Origin: an uncultured Pseudomonadota bacterium
GTDB taxonomy: Bacteria > UBA10199 > GCA-002796325 > 1-14-0-20-49-13
DNA: 64,000 nt
Reading direction: 5' to 3'
Assembly: GCA_964647545.1 (NCBI GenBank)
Contig: CAZYHS010000006.1
Location: 4,889-68,888 of the forward strand
Part shown: in pieces, positions 1-10,102 of the stretch
Layout: every line of letters begins with the position of its first letter
Numbering within the stretch: the stretch's first letter is position 1
The notes under the pieces: generated by a model
The model's input: the letters and a program-made list of their open reading frames with translations, nothing else
The model's database searches: none
Told to the model about the DNA's origin: nothing
Translations under genes and position numbers: made by a program

Positions 1-2319
1 CTCAACGATCAAAATAGCGAGCTTTGCGTCAAAACAAACATCGACTGTAAGCTTCTTAAAAATCTTGCAGAGGCCGATGCCGCCGGAAACAACGATGGCT
101 GCGTTACTCCAGATGACGTGCAGAAAAAATTCGCAAAATTCTCTCCGGCTCAGATCGATCGCGTCTTTATGGGCTACCGTTTTAGAGCCGATAATCTTGA
201 CACAGAACTTCAGGCGCTTGTCGTTAAGGAGGCTTCTCTGGCCGACAGCTCCGCGTTAAATCGCGCTATCGTTTGGGAGGCAAAACAGGATGTCGTAAGA
301 ATTGAAACCTCACGCATTGACGTGCTCGAAGAACTGACCTACGTCGCCGCCTTTGGATACTACGCGCGCGATCACGAAATGGCGCAGGGCGGGGTCACGA
401 CCCTTTGGGACATTATGAGCTTCCCCCGCAAACTCGCATTCTGGCAGGACAGCAACTCGATGCGCGATCTTTTTGAAGAGTGGGGCGAGTCGCGCCTGTC
501 CGACCGTACGCGGGCGTTTGGCAAGTTCATTGAGCTGCTTAGGGATTGTGTGGCTCAAAATGTTGGGGCCGAGTCCGTAAATAACGCAGTTTCCGCTCTT
601 GGCTCGTATCATTATCAGGATAACGGCAATGAAATGTGCAACGGATGGTTTGGCTCTCTCTTCTTCGATTGCGGCGATAAAATCATAAACGATGACCTCC
701 CGGTGCATCTTGTGGAAGAATTGATTGCGGTAAAAAAATCAGACGCCTTGCAGATGGCCAAAACCCTCTACAAAATGGGTGTGTGGTTCGAAGAAAAAAA
801 CAACTGGATTGCAGCGCAATACATATTTGAACAACTTGTGGATAACGGCCACCGCGCCGGTTTTGAAAAGATCGCGCAAGATTCAAAAAGTCACATTCAC
901 CAGATTGTCGGAAAAATTGAAGACTCACCTTTCTTAAGCGCGCTTCTTCCGCCGATGCCGTGGGAGTACAACGAACTTTCAGCGCGTGACAGATACAATT
1001 TCGGTCGCGATTGGGCGAGCTTTGGCCTTTCGTGGTACGGGGCTTCTCTTGCGGTTAGCGGGGCCCGTAATGCCCTCGGTGCTGCAAGCGCGGTTATCGT
1101 ATCAAAGAGCAAATGGCTTCAAAAGTTGATCGCCGCCAACGCGAAATACGGACATGGAGCGGCCGCAAATAGGGCGGCCGGCAGCACTTTGGAAGGAACC
1201 GGAATGGCAGTCGCGGCAGCCGGCGCCGAAGCGGCGGTCCCGACGCTGGGTAAATTCGGACAGACGGTTGCACAGGTGCTCGACAAGACCGGCAGGTCTC
1301 TTTACGCACCGTTTGGTGCGATAAAAAAGATGAGTTCATATGCGGCCGCAGGGGCGGCTGTTGCGGGGAAGGCTGTTAGCGAAGGGATGACAGAACTTGC
1401 GGCCTCTTCTAAACTCTATGTCTCGCTTCCGGCAAAAATTATAAATCTCACCGCAAAAGAGAGCTTTGAATTTGGTAGATTCGTGCTGGTCAATGGCGCC
1501 AAAACAATAAAGACCCTCGGCAAGGGGGCAAATGCATTTGGCGGGTATCTGGCCGTTAGAGCTTATGGAAATCCGCTGCTGCCGTATCCTTACGAATTCG
1601 AAAGGGACGTTGCCACCGAACCGTTCAGGAAATATCTCGGCGATTATGAAATGGACTGGGCCATTGAGATGGCCTTAAACGAAGCCAAGCATCAAAAGAT
1701 GCCGAGTGCGAACATGGTCTTTGTTATCAAGATGGAGCGGGCAGAATGGGAGATGACGCGCCGTGCTCAAAAGCGCTGTGACTTGGGGCTACCCGGAACT
1801 CCAGAGGCTTGCCAGCTAGACTTGGGGCTAGATTTTGATTCGCAAGCATCTGCCGGCTTTGTGCGCGATGTGATCTCAAACGATCCGCTTTTGTCTCAGT
1901 TGCAGCTCGGCTTTTTCGGCGAAGACGGAATCACGACAAATGTTGCCTCAGGCGGGGGTTTCTTGGAGTATTCAAAGGATTATCAGTTGCAAAAAACTTT
2001 GGGCCCGCAACAGGCGCTTCTTGAAGCAAACGGCGATCTAATAATTGCCAATAGCTTGGGCGGGGCAGGCTTCGATTTAAGCTTAGAAAAAGCGTTTGGT
2101 TTGAAGGCAAACGAGGCAGTTTTTAGCCCGGAAGATATTTTTGGGCCGAAGGGGAGCGACTTCGCCGGAGAAGAATATTTAGAATTCGAAAGTTACAGAA
2201 CTTATGCGGTCGAAATGGCCGATGGTAACCGCTATGTCTTTGTTGTCGGCGATAAGCTTGACGCCAAGATGCGCGCAATAGCAGGTGAGGAATATTTGAC
2301 CGGCGCGTTTAATATTTAA
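1..2319 (+). CDS. large hypothetical protein, 5'-partial (at least 772 aa visible)
   Basis: Frame 1 is open from base 1 with no stop, so the gene starts upstream of the window and the listed GTG at 118 is internal. The protein is Ala/Gly-rich with no motif I can assign. It is followed 12 bp later by a co-oriented large ORF. Confidence 0.55.
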   Translation, partial: LNDQNSELCVKTNIDCKLLKNLAEADAAGNNDGCVTPDDVQKKFAKFSPAQIDRVFMGYRFRADNLDTELQALVVKEASLADSSALNRAIVWEAKQDVVRIETSRIDVLEELTYVAAFGYYARDHEMAQGGVTTLWDIMSFPRKLAFWQDSNSMRDLFEEWGESRLSDRTRAFGKFIELLRDCVAQNVGAESVNNAVSALGSYHYQDNGNEMCNGWFGSLFFDCGDKIINDDLPVHLVEELIAVKKSDALQMAKTLYKMGVWFEEKNNWIAAQYIFEQLVDNGHRAGFEKIAQDSKSHIHQIVGKIEDSPFLSALLPPMPWEYNELSARDRYNFGRDWASFGLSWYGASLAVSGARNALGAASAVIVSKSKWLQKLIAANAKYGHGAAANRAAGSTLEGTGMAVAAAGAEAAVPTLGKFGQTVAQVLDKTGRSLYAPFGAIKKMSSYAAAGAAVAGKAVSEGMTELAASSKLYVSLPAKIINLTAKESFEFGRFVLVNGAKTIKTLGKGANAFGGYLAVRAYGNPLLPYPYEFERDVATEPFRKYLGDYEMDWAIEMALNEAKHQKMPSANMVFVIKMERAEWEMTRRAQKRCDLGLPGTPEACQLDLGLDFDSQASAGFVRDVISNDPLLSQLQLGFFGEDGITTNVASGGGFLEYSKDYQLQKTLGPQQALLEANGDLIIANSLGGAGFDLSLEKAFGLKANEAVFSPEDIFGPKGSDFAGEEYLEFESYRTYAVEMADGNRYVFVVGDKLDAKMRAIAGEEYLTGAFNI

Positions 2320-2331
2320 CTAACGAAAATT

Positions 2332-4695
2332 ATGAGCGACTTTTTTAATGTAATAAACAGGTGTACGACTACGCATGAAGAGTATCGTGCGGCAATGTCT
2401 TCTGGAGACCATGCAGGGGCGATGCAAAAAGCGCTCGACTTAGAAGCTTGCGCGCTCGGCATGGGCGACGAAGCTCTTGCCGCCAAGGCGAAAGAACTTG
2501 GCGCACTCGCCGCCGGAAATGTCGCCGGAAAGATCTTTGAGAAAACTTCCGGTGAAAAATCGAAGCAGCCCGCAGCGGCCTTTCTCGCACAATTTTCCGA
2601 GACGCTTTTAAACGTTTACGGCGACAGGTCGAATTGGCCCGCCGAGGTCAAACAAGCGCTTGCAAAACTTTCTGCAGCTCGCGGGAGTTCGGCGTTTGCG
2701 ACCGAAGCCGCAAAAATTCTCAACGCGCTGCGTTTGTCTCCCGAAACCTATCCCGCGTTTGAAATTGGAGAGGCCCTTCTTGCAAATCACGGCGGAGAAT
2801 TTTTCGCCGCTGCAAAATCTCTCGAAGCTTTTGCTTCGCGGGGGATCATCGACGATAAGACTTTGAGCTTTGCCTACGATTTCATCTTTGGAAATCCCGA
2901 AAATACGCTCCTGCCGCTTTACGCCGCAGGGCGACTTGGAAAACTTGTCGAGGGTTTAACCGCCATCGGCGCAGAGACTCTTGGCCTCACAAAAGTCGCG
3001 ACACAAGCTTTTAGAGTAACGACCGGTCTTGCCACCGAAGCTCCGGTCTTTGTCGGCGCCGGAAAACTGGTCGCCTTAGGAAAAGGTAAAAACATCGATC
3101 TCAACGCGGGGACATTTTTCAAAGAGAGCTTTTCGTCGGGGCTTGTCTTTGGCGCGTTAAAATTTGCAGGATTTTTTGCCCAGACGGTCAACGCATTTTT
3201 ACCGGCGACAGAGGCTGGAAAAGCCGCTGCGTTTTGGAACGCGAACTTAACTTCGGTTGCGGCACTTATGGGAGTTGGCGGAGCGGAACGTCTTGTTGCC
3301 GGCGAACACGCGGAAAACAAGCCGCTATTTGACGCCTTTATCGAAGCGTGCGTCGTCCACTTCGGCATCTCGGCGATGATGGGGAGCGTAAGACCAATTG
3401 CCGGTGAAAAATATGCTAGGCTCATCGAAGAGGTTAATAGGTTTTTAAATTCTTTTGACGCTCTTTTTCAGCGGAGAGCTGCCGCCGGCGCATCTGCGAC
3501 GTTGGCTCCCTATGTAATTAACTCCGAGATCGGCGAGAACTCTCATGCTGGTGTTCAAGCCGCCGTTGATGCGAAGCCGGTGTCGCAACATGCCAGAGAG
3601 TTAAAAGGTGCAGTTGCCAAAGTAAGAAGATCGTTTAGAGAAAGGTCGGCTTCATCGACAAGGCGTGGATTAAATGGGTTAATTATTAATAGAAGAGAAT
3701 TTTCACCTACTGATAATCTGGAGCTTGTCAGAGTCATAAACGAAGCCGCCGATAAAATTTATCAATTAGCCGCTTCAAATTCTAAAATACTCGATAAAAT
3801 AGATGAGATTTTTATTGGCGTGCTCGGCGGCAAAAAGCCCATCACGCTGATTCATCCCTATCTTTTGGGAAATAAGTTGGGGAGTTTTCTTGATAGCCCC
3901 AGCGAAATGAGCTTGGCAAACCTCGCAAAAGAGTACGATGCTTTCTTAAAAGTGCGACTAAGTAACGACCCTCAACAGATCGCAGATTATTTACGGCAAA
4001 TAAGGATCAACGTGATTACCCTGAAGGATATTGCCGCCTCGCAATTGCCGAGTGCGGATTTATCCGGAGCGATCGCTGATTATGTCGATGTCTTTATCGC
4101 GGCGCGCAATTTGTATGCTGAGTCGTTTCTGCCCTTGGTCGAGAGCCATGCGAAATGCTGTGCCATGATGTTCGGTGATGAATATTACGACGATGCTTTT
4201 CAACTTGGTTCGTTTGCTGCCATGCGTGCGGGCGAATTGTGCCGAACAAATGCTAACAGTTTGGTTGGATTCACATCAAAGATCGTGAGACGTCATTTGT
4301 TCGACTTTATCGGTGCGGACGTAAAAATCAGGAATCGCCATCAATCTTTCGCGTCACAACCTTTGGATGGAGAGACGCAAACTCCCAATGAACGGCTCGA
4401 TGCGCTTGTTTCTAAGAACTCGGCGTATCCTAGTTGTTCACAACCAAAAAACGGGGATGATTTGTATGCCGCAGAAATAGAAACGATCGTTGATTATTAT
4501 TTGGATAGGTTGGCAAAGAAAAAACCGGCCTCGGCGGCCGCTTTATATCAACATTATTTTAACGGCGTATCGTATGAGGAACTTGGGGGAAGGGAAGGTC
4601 TTACAAGGTCGCGTATTCAGCAAAGAGCGAAGGAAGGTTTGGATTGGCTTAGGGAAAGAATGTCGGTGGAGAGGGCAGGCGCTCATGAAGAATAG
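2332..4695 (+). CDS. large hypothetical protein (787 aa) with a C-terminal sigma-70 region-4-like helix-turn-helix
   Basis: The last ~60 aa (AAALYQHYFNGVSYEELGGREGLTRSRIQQRAKEGLDWLRERM) match the sigma-70 region 4 pattern (L..RER.V..LRF...T.EEIG..LGVSRERVRQIE.RAL.KLR). No region 2 or 3 motifs are recognisable upstream. The rest of the protein is Ala/Gly-rich and unassignable. Confidence 0.6.
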   Translation: MSDFFNVINRCTTTHEEYRAAMSSGDHAGAMQKALDLEACALGMGDEALAAKAKELGALAAGNVAGKIFEKTSGEKSKQPAAAFLAQFSETLLNVYGDRSNWPAEVKQALAKLSAARGSSAFATEAAKILNALRLSPETYPAFEIGEALLANHGGEFFAAAKSLEAFASRGIIDDKTLSFAYDFIFGNPENTLLPLYAAGRLGKLVEGLTAIGAETLGLTKVATQAFRVTTGLATEAPVFVGAGKLVALGKGKNIDLNAGTFFKESFSSGLVFGALKFAGFFAQTVNAFLPATEAGKAAAFWNANLTSVAALMGVGGAERLVAGEHAENKPLFDAFIEACVVHFGISAMMGSVRPIAGEKYARLIEEVNRFLNSFDALFQRRAAAGASATLAPYVINSEIGENSHAGVQAAVDAKPVSQHARELKGAVAKVRRSFRERSASSTRRGLNGLIINRREFSPTDNLELVRVINEAADKIYQLAASNSKILDKIDEIFIGVLGGKKPITLIHPYLLGNKLGSFLDSPSEMSLANLAKEYDAFLKVRLSNDPQQIADYLRQIRINVITLKDIAASQLPSADLSGAIADYVDVFIAARNLYAESFLPLVESHAKCCAMMFGDEYYDDAFQLGSFAAMRAGELCRTNANSLVGFTSKIVRRHLFDFIGADVKIRNRHQSFASQPLDGETQTPNERLDALVSKNSAYPSCSQPKNGDDLYAAEIETIVDYYLDRLAKKKPASAAALYQHYFNGVSYEELGGREGLTRSRIQQRAKEGLDWLRERMSVERAGAHEE

Positions 4696-4740
4696 GTTGA
4701 ATCGTTGAACAATTTGAATTAGAGCGTTTTCAAACGGGAG

Positions 4741-5445
4741 ATGAAAATGAACATCCTTACGATAGGCATTGCAGGCGGTTCGGGCTCCGGAAAAACTACG
4801 GTCGCCCGAAAGATCAAAGAGAAGGTCGGCGTCAAGCGTATCAGCTTTATCGAAATGGATAGTTACTACCGCGATCTAGCCCACCTTGATCCCGCCGAAC
4901 GGGCGCAATACAACTTCGATCATCCCGCCGCGTTCGACATTGAGCTCTTCATCGAACATTTGCAGATGTTAAAAAATGGAATGCCTATCGAAAAGCCCGA
5001 ATACAGCTTTGTGACGCACTCGCGTGAAAAACGCACCACGCGCATTTTCCCGCAGCCGGTCATTATTCTCGAAGGTCTGCTTTTGTTCGAGAACAAGCAC
5101 GTGCGCGATCTCATCGACATAAAAACCTACGTTGAAACTCCGGCCGATATTCGTTTCATTCGCCGCCTCATGCGCGATGTGAAGGAGCGCGGACGCACGA
5201 CCGATTCGGTGGTGGGGCAATATTATAAAACCGTTCGTCCGATGCATCAGTCCTTCGTTGAACCGACGCGCGAATACGCCGACATCATCATTCCGTGGCA
5301 GGATTACAACGACGTCGCGGTCGAAATGGTCATTCACCGTGTGGAAGCAAGGCTTAGCAAATCGGACATGCAGCTTGGCCTGCTCGGTCTCGATCCGAAA
5401 CCGGTCGGAGCGGTTGCGACAGACCCGCTGTCGAACGTTGACTGA
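4741..5445 (+). CDS. udk: uridine kinase
   Basis: N-terminal P-loop ILTIGIAGGSGSGKTTVARKI typical of the uridine kinase/PRK family. About 230 aa. Confidence 0.85.
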   Translation: MKMNILTIGIAGGSGSGKTTVARKIKEKVGVKRISFIEMDSYYRDLAHLDPAERAQYNFDHPAAFDIELFIEHLQMLKNGMPIEKPEYSFVTHSREKRTTRIFPQPVIILEGLLLFENKHVRDLIDIKTYVETPADIRFIRRLMRDVKERGRTTDSVVGQYYKTVRPMHQSFVEPTREYADIIIPWQDYNDVAVEMVIHRVEARLSKSDMQLGLLGLDPKPVGAVATDPLSNVD

Positions 5446-5634
5446 AATAAGTAAAAGCGAAGCTTCATATAATTTCTTTTTTTTCGAACCCCCTCTCAAA
5501 AAGATAAATCATTTTGACAGATTGGCCGATTTAATGGGTCTATTTTTACCCGCTACCTTAGTGTAACTACTTGAAAAACAAGTAAGTTTAACATGGCACG
5601 CCTCTTGCTTGCGGTTTGTGCAGGGGGCACATAT

Positions 5635-7032
5635 ATGTTATCGAAAATTATACGCATTTTGGTTTTGGCTGGCTTGATTTCGGCACCTGCTTATGCGCTG
5701 GCATTTGATCCAAACATCGAATGCGATTTGGGAAAAACGATCAATGTGAATATTTTAGGATCAGATGCAGAAATGCAAAGCCTCTTTGCCGCCGAAAATA
5801 TAGAAGACAATGCAAAGTGCGATGATTCGAAATGTGTTATTTGTTTTTCCGATGATGATAATGATGTTGATGTCTATCTTTGGAAATCGAGCGCACCTTT
5901 GATGTTAAATAACAATAGTTCAAGGCAGCTCATTATTTACAACCTTAAGTTAAATACCGAAATAGCTCCCGCCCCCGTTTCGATAAAAGTTATTGGCAAA
6001 AACGTCTCTCTTGAAGGGGGTTCTGTTGTGGGGAGCCCTCAGCAGGTCGGAGTCGAATTAACCGGTTCGGGCCATAAGGTCAGCAACTGCAAAATCGGCA
6101 TGGCCGATAAACTCTACAAAAAGGGATTGGCGCTCGGCGTAGGCAGGGTTAGCGCTGAGAATTTTGTGCTGGAGAATACAATCGTTCATGCAAATGAAAA
6201 TATCGTCTCCATGGCCAACTTGAACGGGTTCGATCTTGTTGGCGGGATCGCTCTCCCTTTAAACTTGAACAATGCCATCACTTCGACAAGTCCGGTTGTC
6301 GTTGAGAAGGAGAAGTTTGGCGTTCTCTGCGCAAAGCCGGCCGACGGAAAATTGGACGACGCCGTTATTAAATTTTGTCCCAAAGACGAAGATGGCGTGA
6401 ACAAGTTCAACGTTCTTGCGGGTGTTTTGCCTGCCGGTGTTACTAACGGATATGTCAGAGTCTTTAATGTCGTCGATAATTATATCGTTGGCGAAGAGAG
6501 GGCTTGTCCGGTCAGCCCCCTTATAGAACCTCTCAATATAACTGCTTCGGTCGCCGTGAACGTCATTGAACCGTGCGCCGATTGTTACAAATTTGAATGT
6601 CCGGAAGATGCTGAATATAGTTTTTTAGAGACAGGCAAGTTTGTGATGATCTTTGACGGAGATGATAGAGACGAAGCCGTTGTGACTTCGCAAGGGAGTA
6701 ATGTCTTTATCTTGACTGCGAAAGGGGTAATTTCGGTCATCGGTGCGCAAACAATACCCGGAACTGTTTCGGACGCGACCGGCGGTAGCGACGGCTTTGC
6801 CGGAGCAATTCCTCTTATAATCGATAGCGGGACTTCGCAGCCCAAGGCTCAGGGAGCAAGCGGCGGCGGCCAGCAGGTGAGTCAGGGCTCCGGCGGCGGC
6901 TGCGGCGGGCAACAGAGTCTGTCTGGCGGCAAGATGCCAAGTGCAGCGGCAACGATCGTCGGGCTGCTGTTTATAGGCGGGCTACCGGCCTTAATTCCTG
7001 CAAGGATGCGCGCAAGGCATAAGCATAAATAA
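5635..7032 (+). CDS. secreted protein with a Gly/Ser-rich C-terminus and a MYXO-CTERM-like sorting tail
   Basis: The more plausible start is ATG 5635, preceded by AGGGGG, which gives signal peptide MLSKIIRILVLAGLISAPAYALA (the ORF track starts at 5593). The C-terminus is ...SGGGCGGQQSLSGGKMPSAAATIVGLLFIGGLPALIPARMRARHKHK: a Cys-containing Gly-rich linker, a hydrophobic helix and a basic tail. Confidence 0.6.
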   Translation: MLSKIIRILVLAGLISAPAYALAFDPNIECDLGKTINVNILGSDAEMQSLFAAENIEDNAKCDDSKCVICFSDDDNDVDVYLWKSSAPLMLNNNSSRQLIIYNLKLNTEIAPAPVSIKVIGKNVSLEGGSVVGSPQQVGVELTGSGHKVSNCKIGMADKLYKKGLALGVGRVSAENFVLENTIVHANENIVSMANLNGFDLVGGIALPLNLNNAITSTSPVVVEKEKFGVLCAKPADGKLDDAVIKFCPKDEDGVNKFNVLAGVLPAGVTNGYVRVFNVVDNYIVGEERACPVSPLIEPLNITASVAVNVIEPCADCYKFECPEDAEYSFLETGKFVMIFDGDDRDEAVVTSQGSNVFILTAKGVISVIGAQTIPGTVSDATGGSDGFAGAIPLIIDSGTSQPKAQGASGGGQQVSQGSGGGCGGQQSLSGGKMPSAAATIVGLLFIGGLPALIPARMRARHKHK

Positions 7033-7046
7033 TTCGCGCTATTCTA

Positions 7047-9899
7047 TCACTCATTCCAACAGTTCTGAGGGGGTCTGGCCCAATTCTTGAGGCATTCGGC
7101 AAACCGCGGGCCGATCGGCGGAGGGGCGTCAAAGATCGAACAATTTGCTCCGGCTTCGCATCCCGGTTTCAACTTATTGGGCAGGGCGTTGTAAATGGCG
7201 ACTATGTCGCTGTATTTAACGCCGCCTTGATAAATGTGAGCGGGAATTGAGCCGAACGAATCGGGATAATTTGCAACGTAGAGCTTAGGATCGTTTTCAA
7301 AGGCCACTCGGAATGAATCGCCGCAATAGGTTGCGCGATCTACAAAACCGTCGCCGTCATAATCGGCCGGAATAGGGCGGCAGTCGATTCCGCCAAAACC
7401 TTCGATCGGTTGAGGGTAGCTTGATTCGGGCGTAATAGAGGCAGTATATAAGTAATATTCGCCTGTCGGCAGCTTGAAACCAAAACTTCCGTTTATCATT
7501 GTGTAGATGACATCGTTAGCGCAATCGTGTCCCAACTTGGCAAGCTCCGTGCAGAACAATGTCGTCGATTTGTACTGGGCCCAAGAGACGGTATTTTTAA
7601 ACATCGTCGTTTGCGCGGGATTCGGGGAAGAGTCGGGGGCCTTAAGTTTCAAATAGGCACCTCCGACGTTATGATAAGCCCAGCCCGGCGCTATCTGCAG
7701 CTGCTCTTCGTCAAGCAGACCGTGAGAATCGAGGTCACCGAGCATATCGGAGAACGAGAGACGGCCGTTACCATCGATTGTGACATGATCTTCGCCGTCG
7801 TTAAGGTCGAGCTGGTATGCTCCGTCGGCGCTTACAAACTGTACGTTAACATTGCCCAGCATAGGTCTCATGTATGGTTGCCAGTTCGGGTCGTCTGAAT
7901 AATCTACGATTCGCGACCATCCCCCACCTGCGTGATCGACGACGTTGTCGAACATATCGCGGTCGGTGTAGTGAATGTAAAGTTTGCCTGAGATGGAGTC
8001 GTAAATTCCAAGATCGGCAAATCCATCTGAATTAATATCGCCGACGACGGGGAAGTACATTCCGCCGGAAGGAGTATATTCCGAAAAATCGAGCGTCAGG
8101 TCGTTTTCGCCAAAGCCCATGAAGGAATCGGGGGCGTCACTTGCGACCGAGCTAAGGTCAATGCGAAACACGAAGTTTTTGTCGAGCCCTACGACGTCCG
8201 ATCTGCCGTCGCCGTCGATATCGTAGGCGGCCGCATACTGCGTTTGAGATGCCGTTTTAGAATTGAAATTGAACTCTTCGATAAAGCCGTTTTCAAGCAG
8301 TGCAATGGCCGCAGCAACGTCGGGCTGTTTTCCGATGTTGCAATTGGGGTTTGGATCTTGAGGGCCGCCATAGACCGCTTCGGACCCGCTGGCAAACAGG
8401 AGCTCTCTCATCTTGGAGTTATCTATGTAAAAGCGGTCAACTCCTGCAGCTCCGGCCGACGACAGCATATTTTTTACGTAGCTTTGAATTTGAGCCGCCA
8501 CTCCTCCTACTATCGCCGTGGCGCTTGACGTTCCGCTGAAAACGGACGTGTATTTTTTGTCGGGATCAGTTTGAGACGGGTCTTTATCTCCGTATCCGGT
8601 CGTTACGACGTTGTTGCCCCAAGCGAAAAGATCGACCCGCGGGCCGCAGTTCGACCACGGGGCCTTTTGTCTTGTGCCGCCAAGCGAGGCGCCGACCATG
8701 ATCGCTTCGGTCGAGTTATCAAGATGTTGCGATAGATCGACCGAACCGTTCCCAGCCCCTTCGATTATAATATATCCGGCGGCTAGCAGAGAACTGATAT
8801 GGTTGAACTCATAGGTGCTTGATTCTACCGGTAGGCAGCCCAGCTGGGCTTCAACCGTGCCTCCACAGGTTGTGTTGATAGTTCCGGGGATCTGCACTTC
8901 GATCATTAAAATATCGCCGGGCTGAATTTTTACGGTTTTACCCGATTCGTCTGTCCACGAACCTCCAAAATCGAGACCGGCAGATTCGGCATCCAAAAGT
9001 TTAATGTTCGATTGCGGAGCTATGCCGTTAATTCCTATAGAGTTGTGAAGGCCGGCAACAACGCCGATAACGGCCGTGCCGTGATCTATCTCGGCTTGAG
9101 TCATCCCGGGCTGCATGTTTGTGATGACGTCGTCGATGTCGATGGGGATGTCCTCGTGATCAAAGTTCCAGCCCAGCTCGTAATCGCCTATGGTCACGCC
9201 CTGCCCGAATGCGCCTGCCGCCCAGCCGGCCAAAGCGTTCACTCCCGAGTGGCTTGAGAAGGGTTTGAGATAGTTCTGCTCTTGGGAATAATCGGCGGTC
9301 TGAATTACCCCCGCCAGATATTTTTTGCGGATCGGTTCGACCCATTCGATAGAGTCGTCTTTTTTAAGCTGTCTGTAAATTTCAAGAGCCGAATTTCGGT
9401 CGTTGTCGCTGATGATGTAGGTCAGGTTCCAGTCGGGATAGTAAACTCCCTTTTCGGCGAAAGATTCTTTGAGCTCGTCGAGGGCCTCTTCGCTGATATT
9501 TGGTATGGCTCTTGATACGCTTGCCGAAGCGTTTTCGCGGATTAGCTGGGTCACTCGCGACAGATTTCTGCCTGTGGAAGAGATGAATTCGACGTTGCGT
9601 GAACGCGTGAGATTTTTTGAAAGGGGGAGTTCTCCTCCGGAATCGTTACGCAGTCTTGCCGCTGTTTCTGTTTTGAATTTGAAAGCTATTTTTCCGGTGT
9701 AAGATTCGCTTGTGATGATCTTTTCCCAGTTGTTATTTGCGGCGACTTCTTCGTCCGCCGACGACGCCGGACCGTCTGCCGATGTGTCGGAAATGATTTC
9801 GTTTGAGAGGGGGTCTGCGAGGGTTCCGCAGCCTGCAAAGACGCTCGAAAGAGCGGCGACGCAAATAAAGACAAAATTACGAATGGTCGAGGCCTTCAT
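7047..9899 (-). CDS. S8 family (subtilisin-like) serine peptidase lipoprotein with FG-GAP/VCBS-like repeats
   Basis: Signal peptide with lipobox MKASTIRNFVFICVAALSSVFAGCG (internal Met; the ORF track starts at 9941). Asp-region GDYELGWNFDHEDI, His motif HGTAVIGVVAG and Ser motif SGTSSATAIVGGVAAQ in S8 order. The C-terminal half has DxDGDG repeats (DIDGDGRSDVVG, GDINSDGFADLG, DYDGDGFVD). Confidence 0.75.
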   Translation of the reverse strand: MKASTIRNFVFICVAALSSVFAGCGTLADPLSNEIISDTSADGPASSADEEVAANNNWEKIITSESYTGKIAFKFKTETAARLRNDSGGELPLSKNLTRSRNVEFISSTGRNLSRVTQLIRENASASVSRAIPNISEEALDELKESFAEKGVYYPDWNLTYIISDNDRNSALEIYRQLKKDDSIEWVEPIRKKYLAGVIQTADYSQEQNYLKPFSSHSGVNALAGWAAGAFGQGVTIGDYELGWNFDHEDIPIDIDDVITNMQPGMTQAEIDHGTAVIGVVAGLHNSIGINGIAPQSNIKLLDAESAGLDFGGSWTDESGKTVKIQPGDILMIEVQIPGTINTTCGGTVEAQLGCLPVESSTYEFNHISSLLAAGYIIIEGAGNGSVDLSQHLDNSTEAIMVGASLGGTRQKAPWSNCGPRVDLFAWGNNVVTTGYGDKDPSQTDPDKKYTSVFSGTSSATAIVGGVAAQIQSYVKNMLSSAGAAGVDRFYIDNSKMRELLFASGSEAVYGGPQDPNPNCNIGKQPDVAAAIALLENGFIEEFNFNSKTASQTQYAAAYDIDGDGRSDVVGLDKNFVFRIDLSSVASDAPDSFMGFGENDLTLDFSEYTPSGGMYFPVVGDINSDGFADLGIYDSISGKLYIHYTDRDMFDNVVDHAGGGWSRIVDYSDDPNWQPYMRPMLGNVNVQFVSADGAYQLDLNDGEDHVTIDGNGRLSFSDMLGDLDSHGLLDEEQLQIAPGWAYHNVGGAYLKLKAPDSSPNPAQTTMFKNTVSWAQYKSTTLFCTELAKLGHDCANDVIYTMINGSFGFKLPTGEYYLYTASITPESSYPQPIEGFGGIDCRPIPADYDGDGFVDRATYCGDSFRVAFENDPKLYVANYPDSFGSIPAHIYQGGVKYSDIVAIYNALPNKLKPGCEAGANCSIFDAPPPIGPRFAECLKNWARPPQNCWNE

Positions 9900-10102
9900 T
9901 AAAGATCCTCCAGCTGTAAATTGTGCTATATTTATCGCCACGAAAAGATCGGGGCGTTCGTCACAAAATCAACCACACGTAAGTCTTGTTGCGTCTTGAG
10001 TGTCCGATAAATTATAACTTTTGACGCAGTGTGGCAAGAACTTTGTTACGCACTATGTTTTCGGTAAGCCCTTGAAAAAGTTGCTAACTTTTTTTGGAAA
10101 TC

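Noticed and set aside
4969-5499. 176-aa minus-strand ORF
   Set aside because: It is antisense to udk, which has a clear P-loop in the plus frame.
9942-10102. AT-rich hairpin AAAAGTTGCTAACTTTTT after the kinase gene as a terminator
   Set aside because: The stem is all A/T and the U-tract on the relevant (minus) strand is short, so the evidence is too weak to call.
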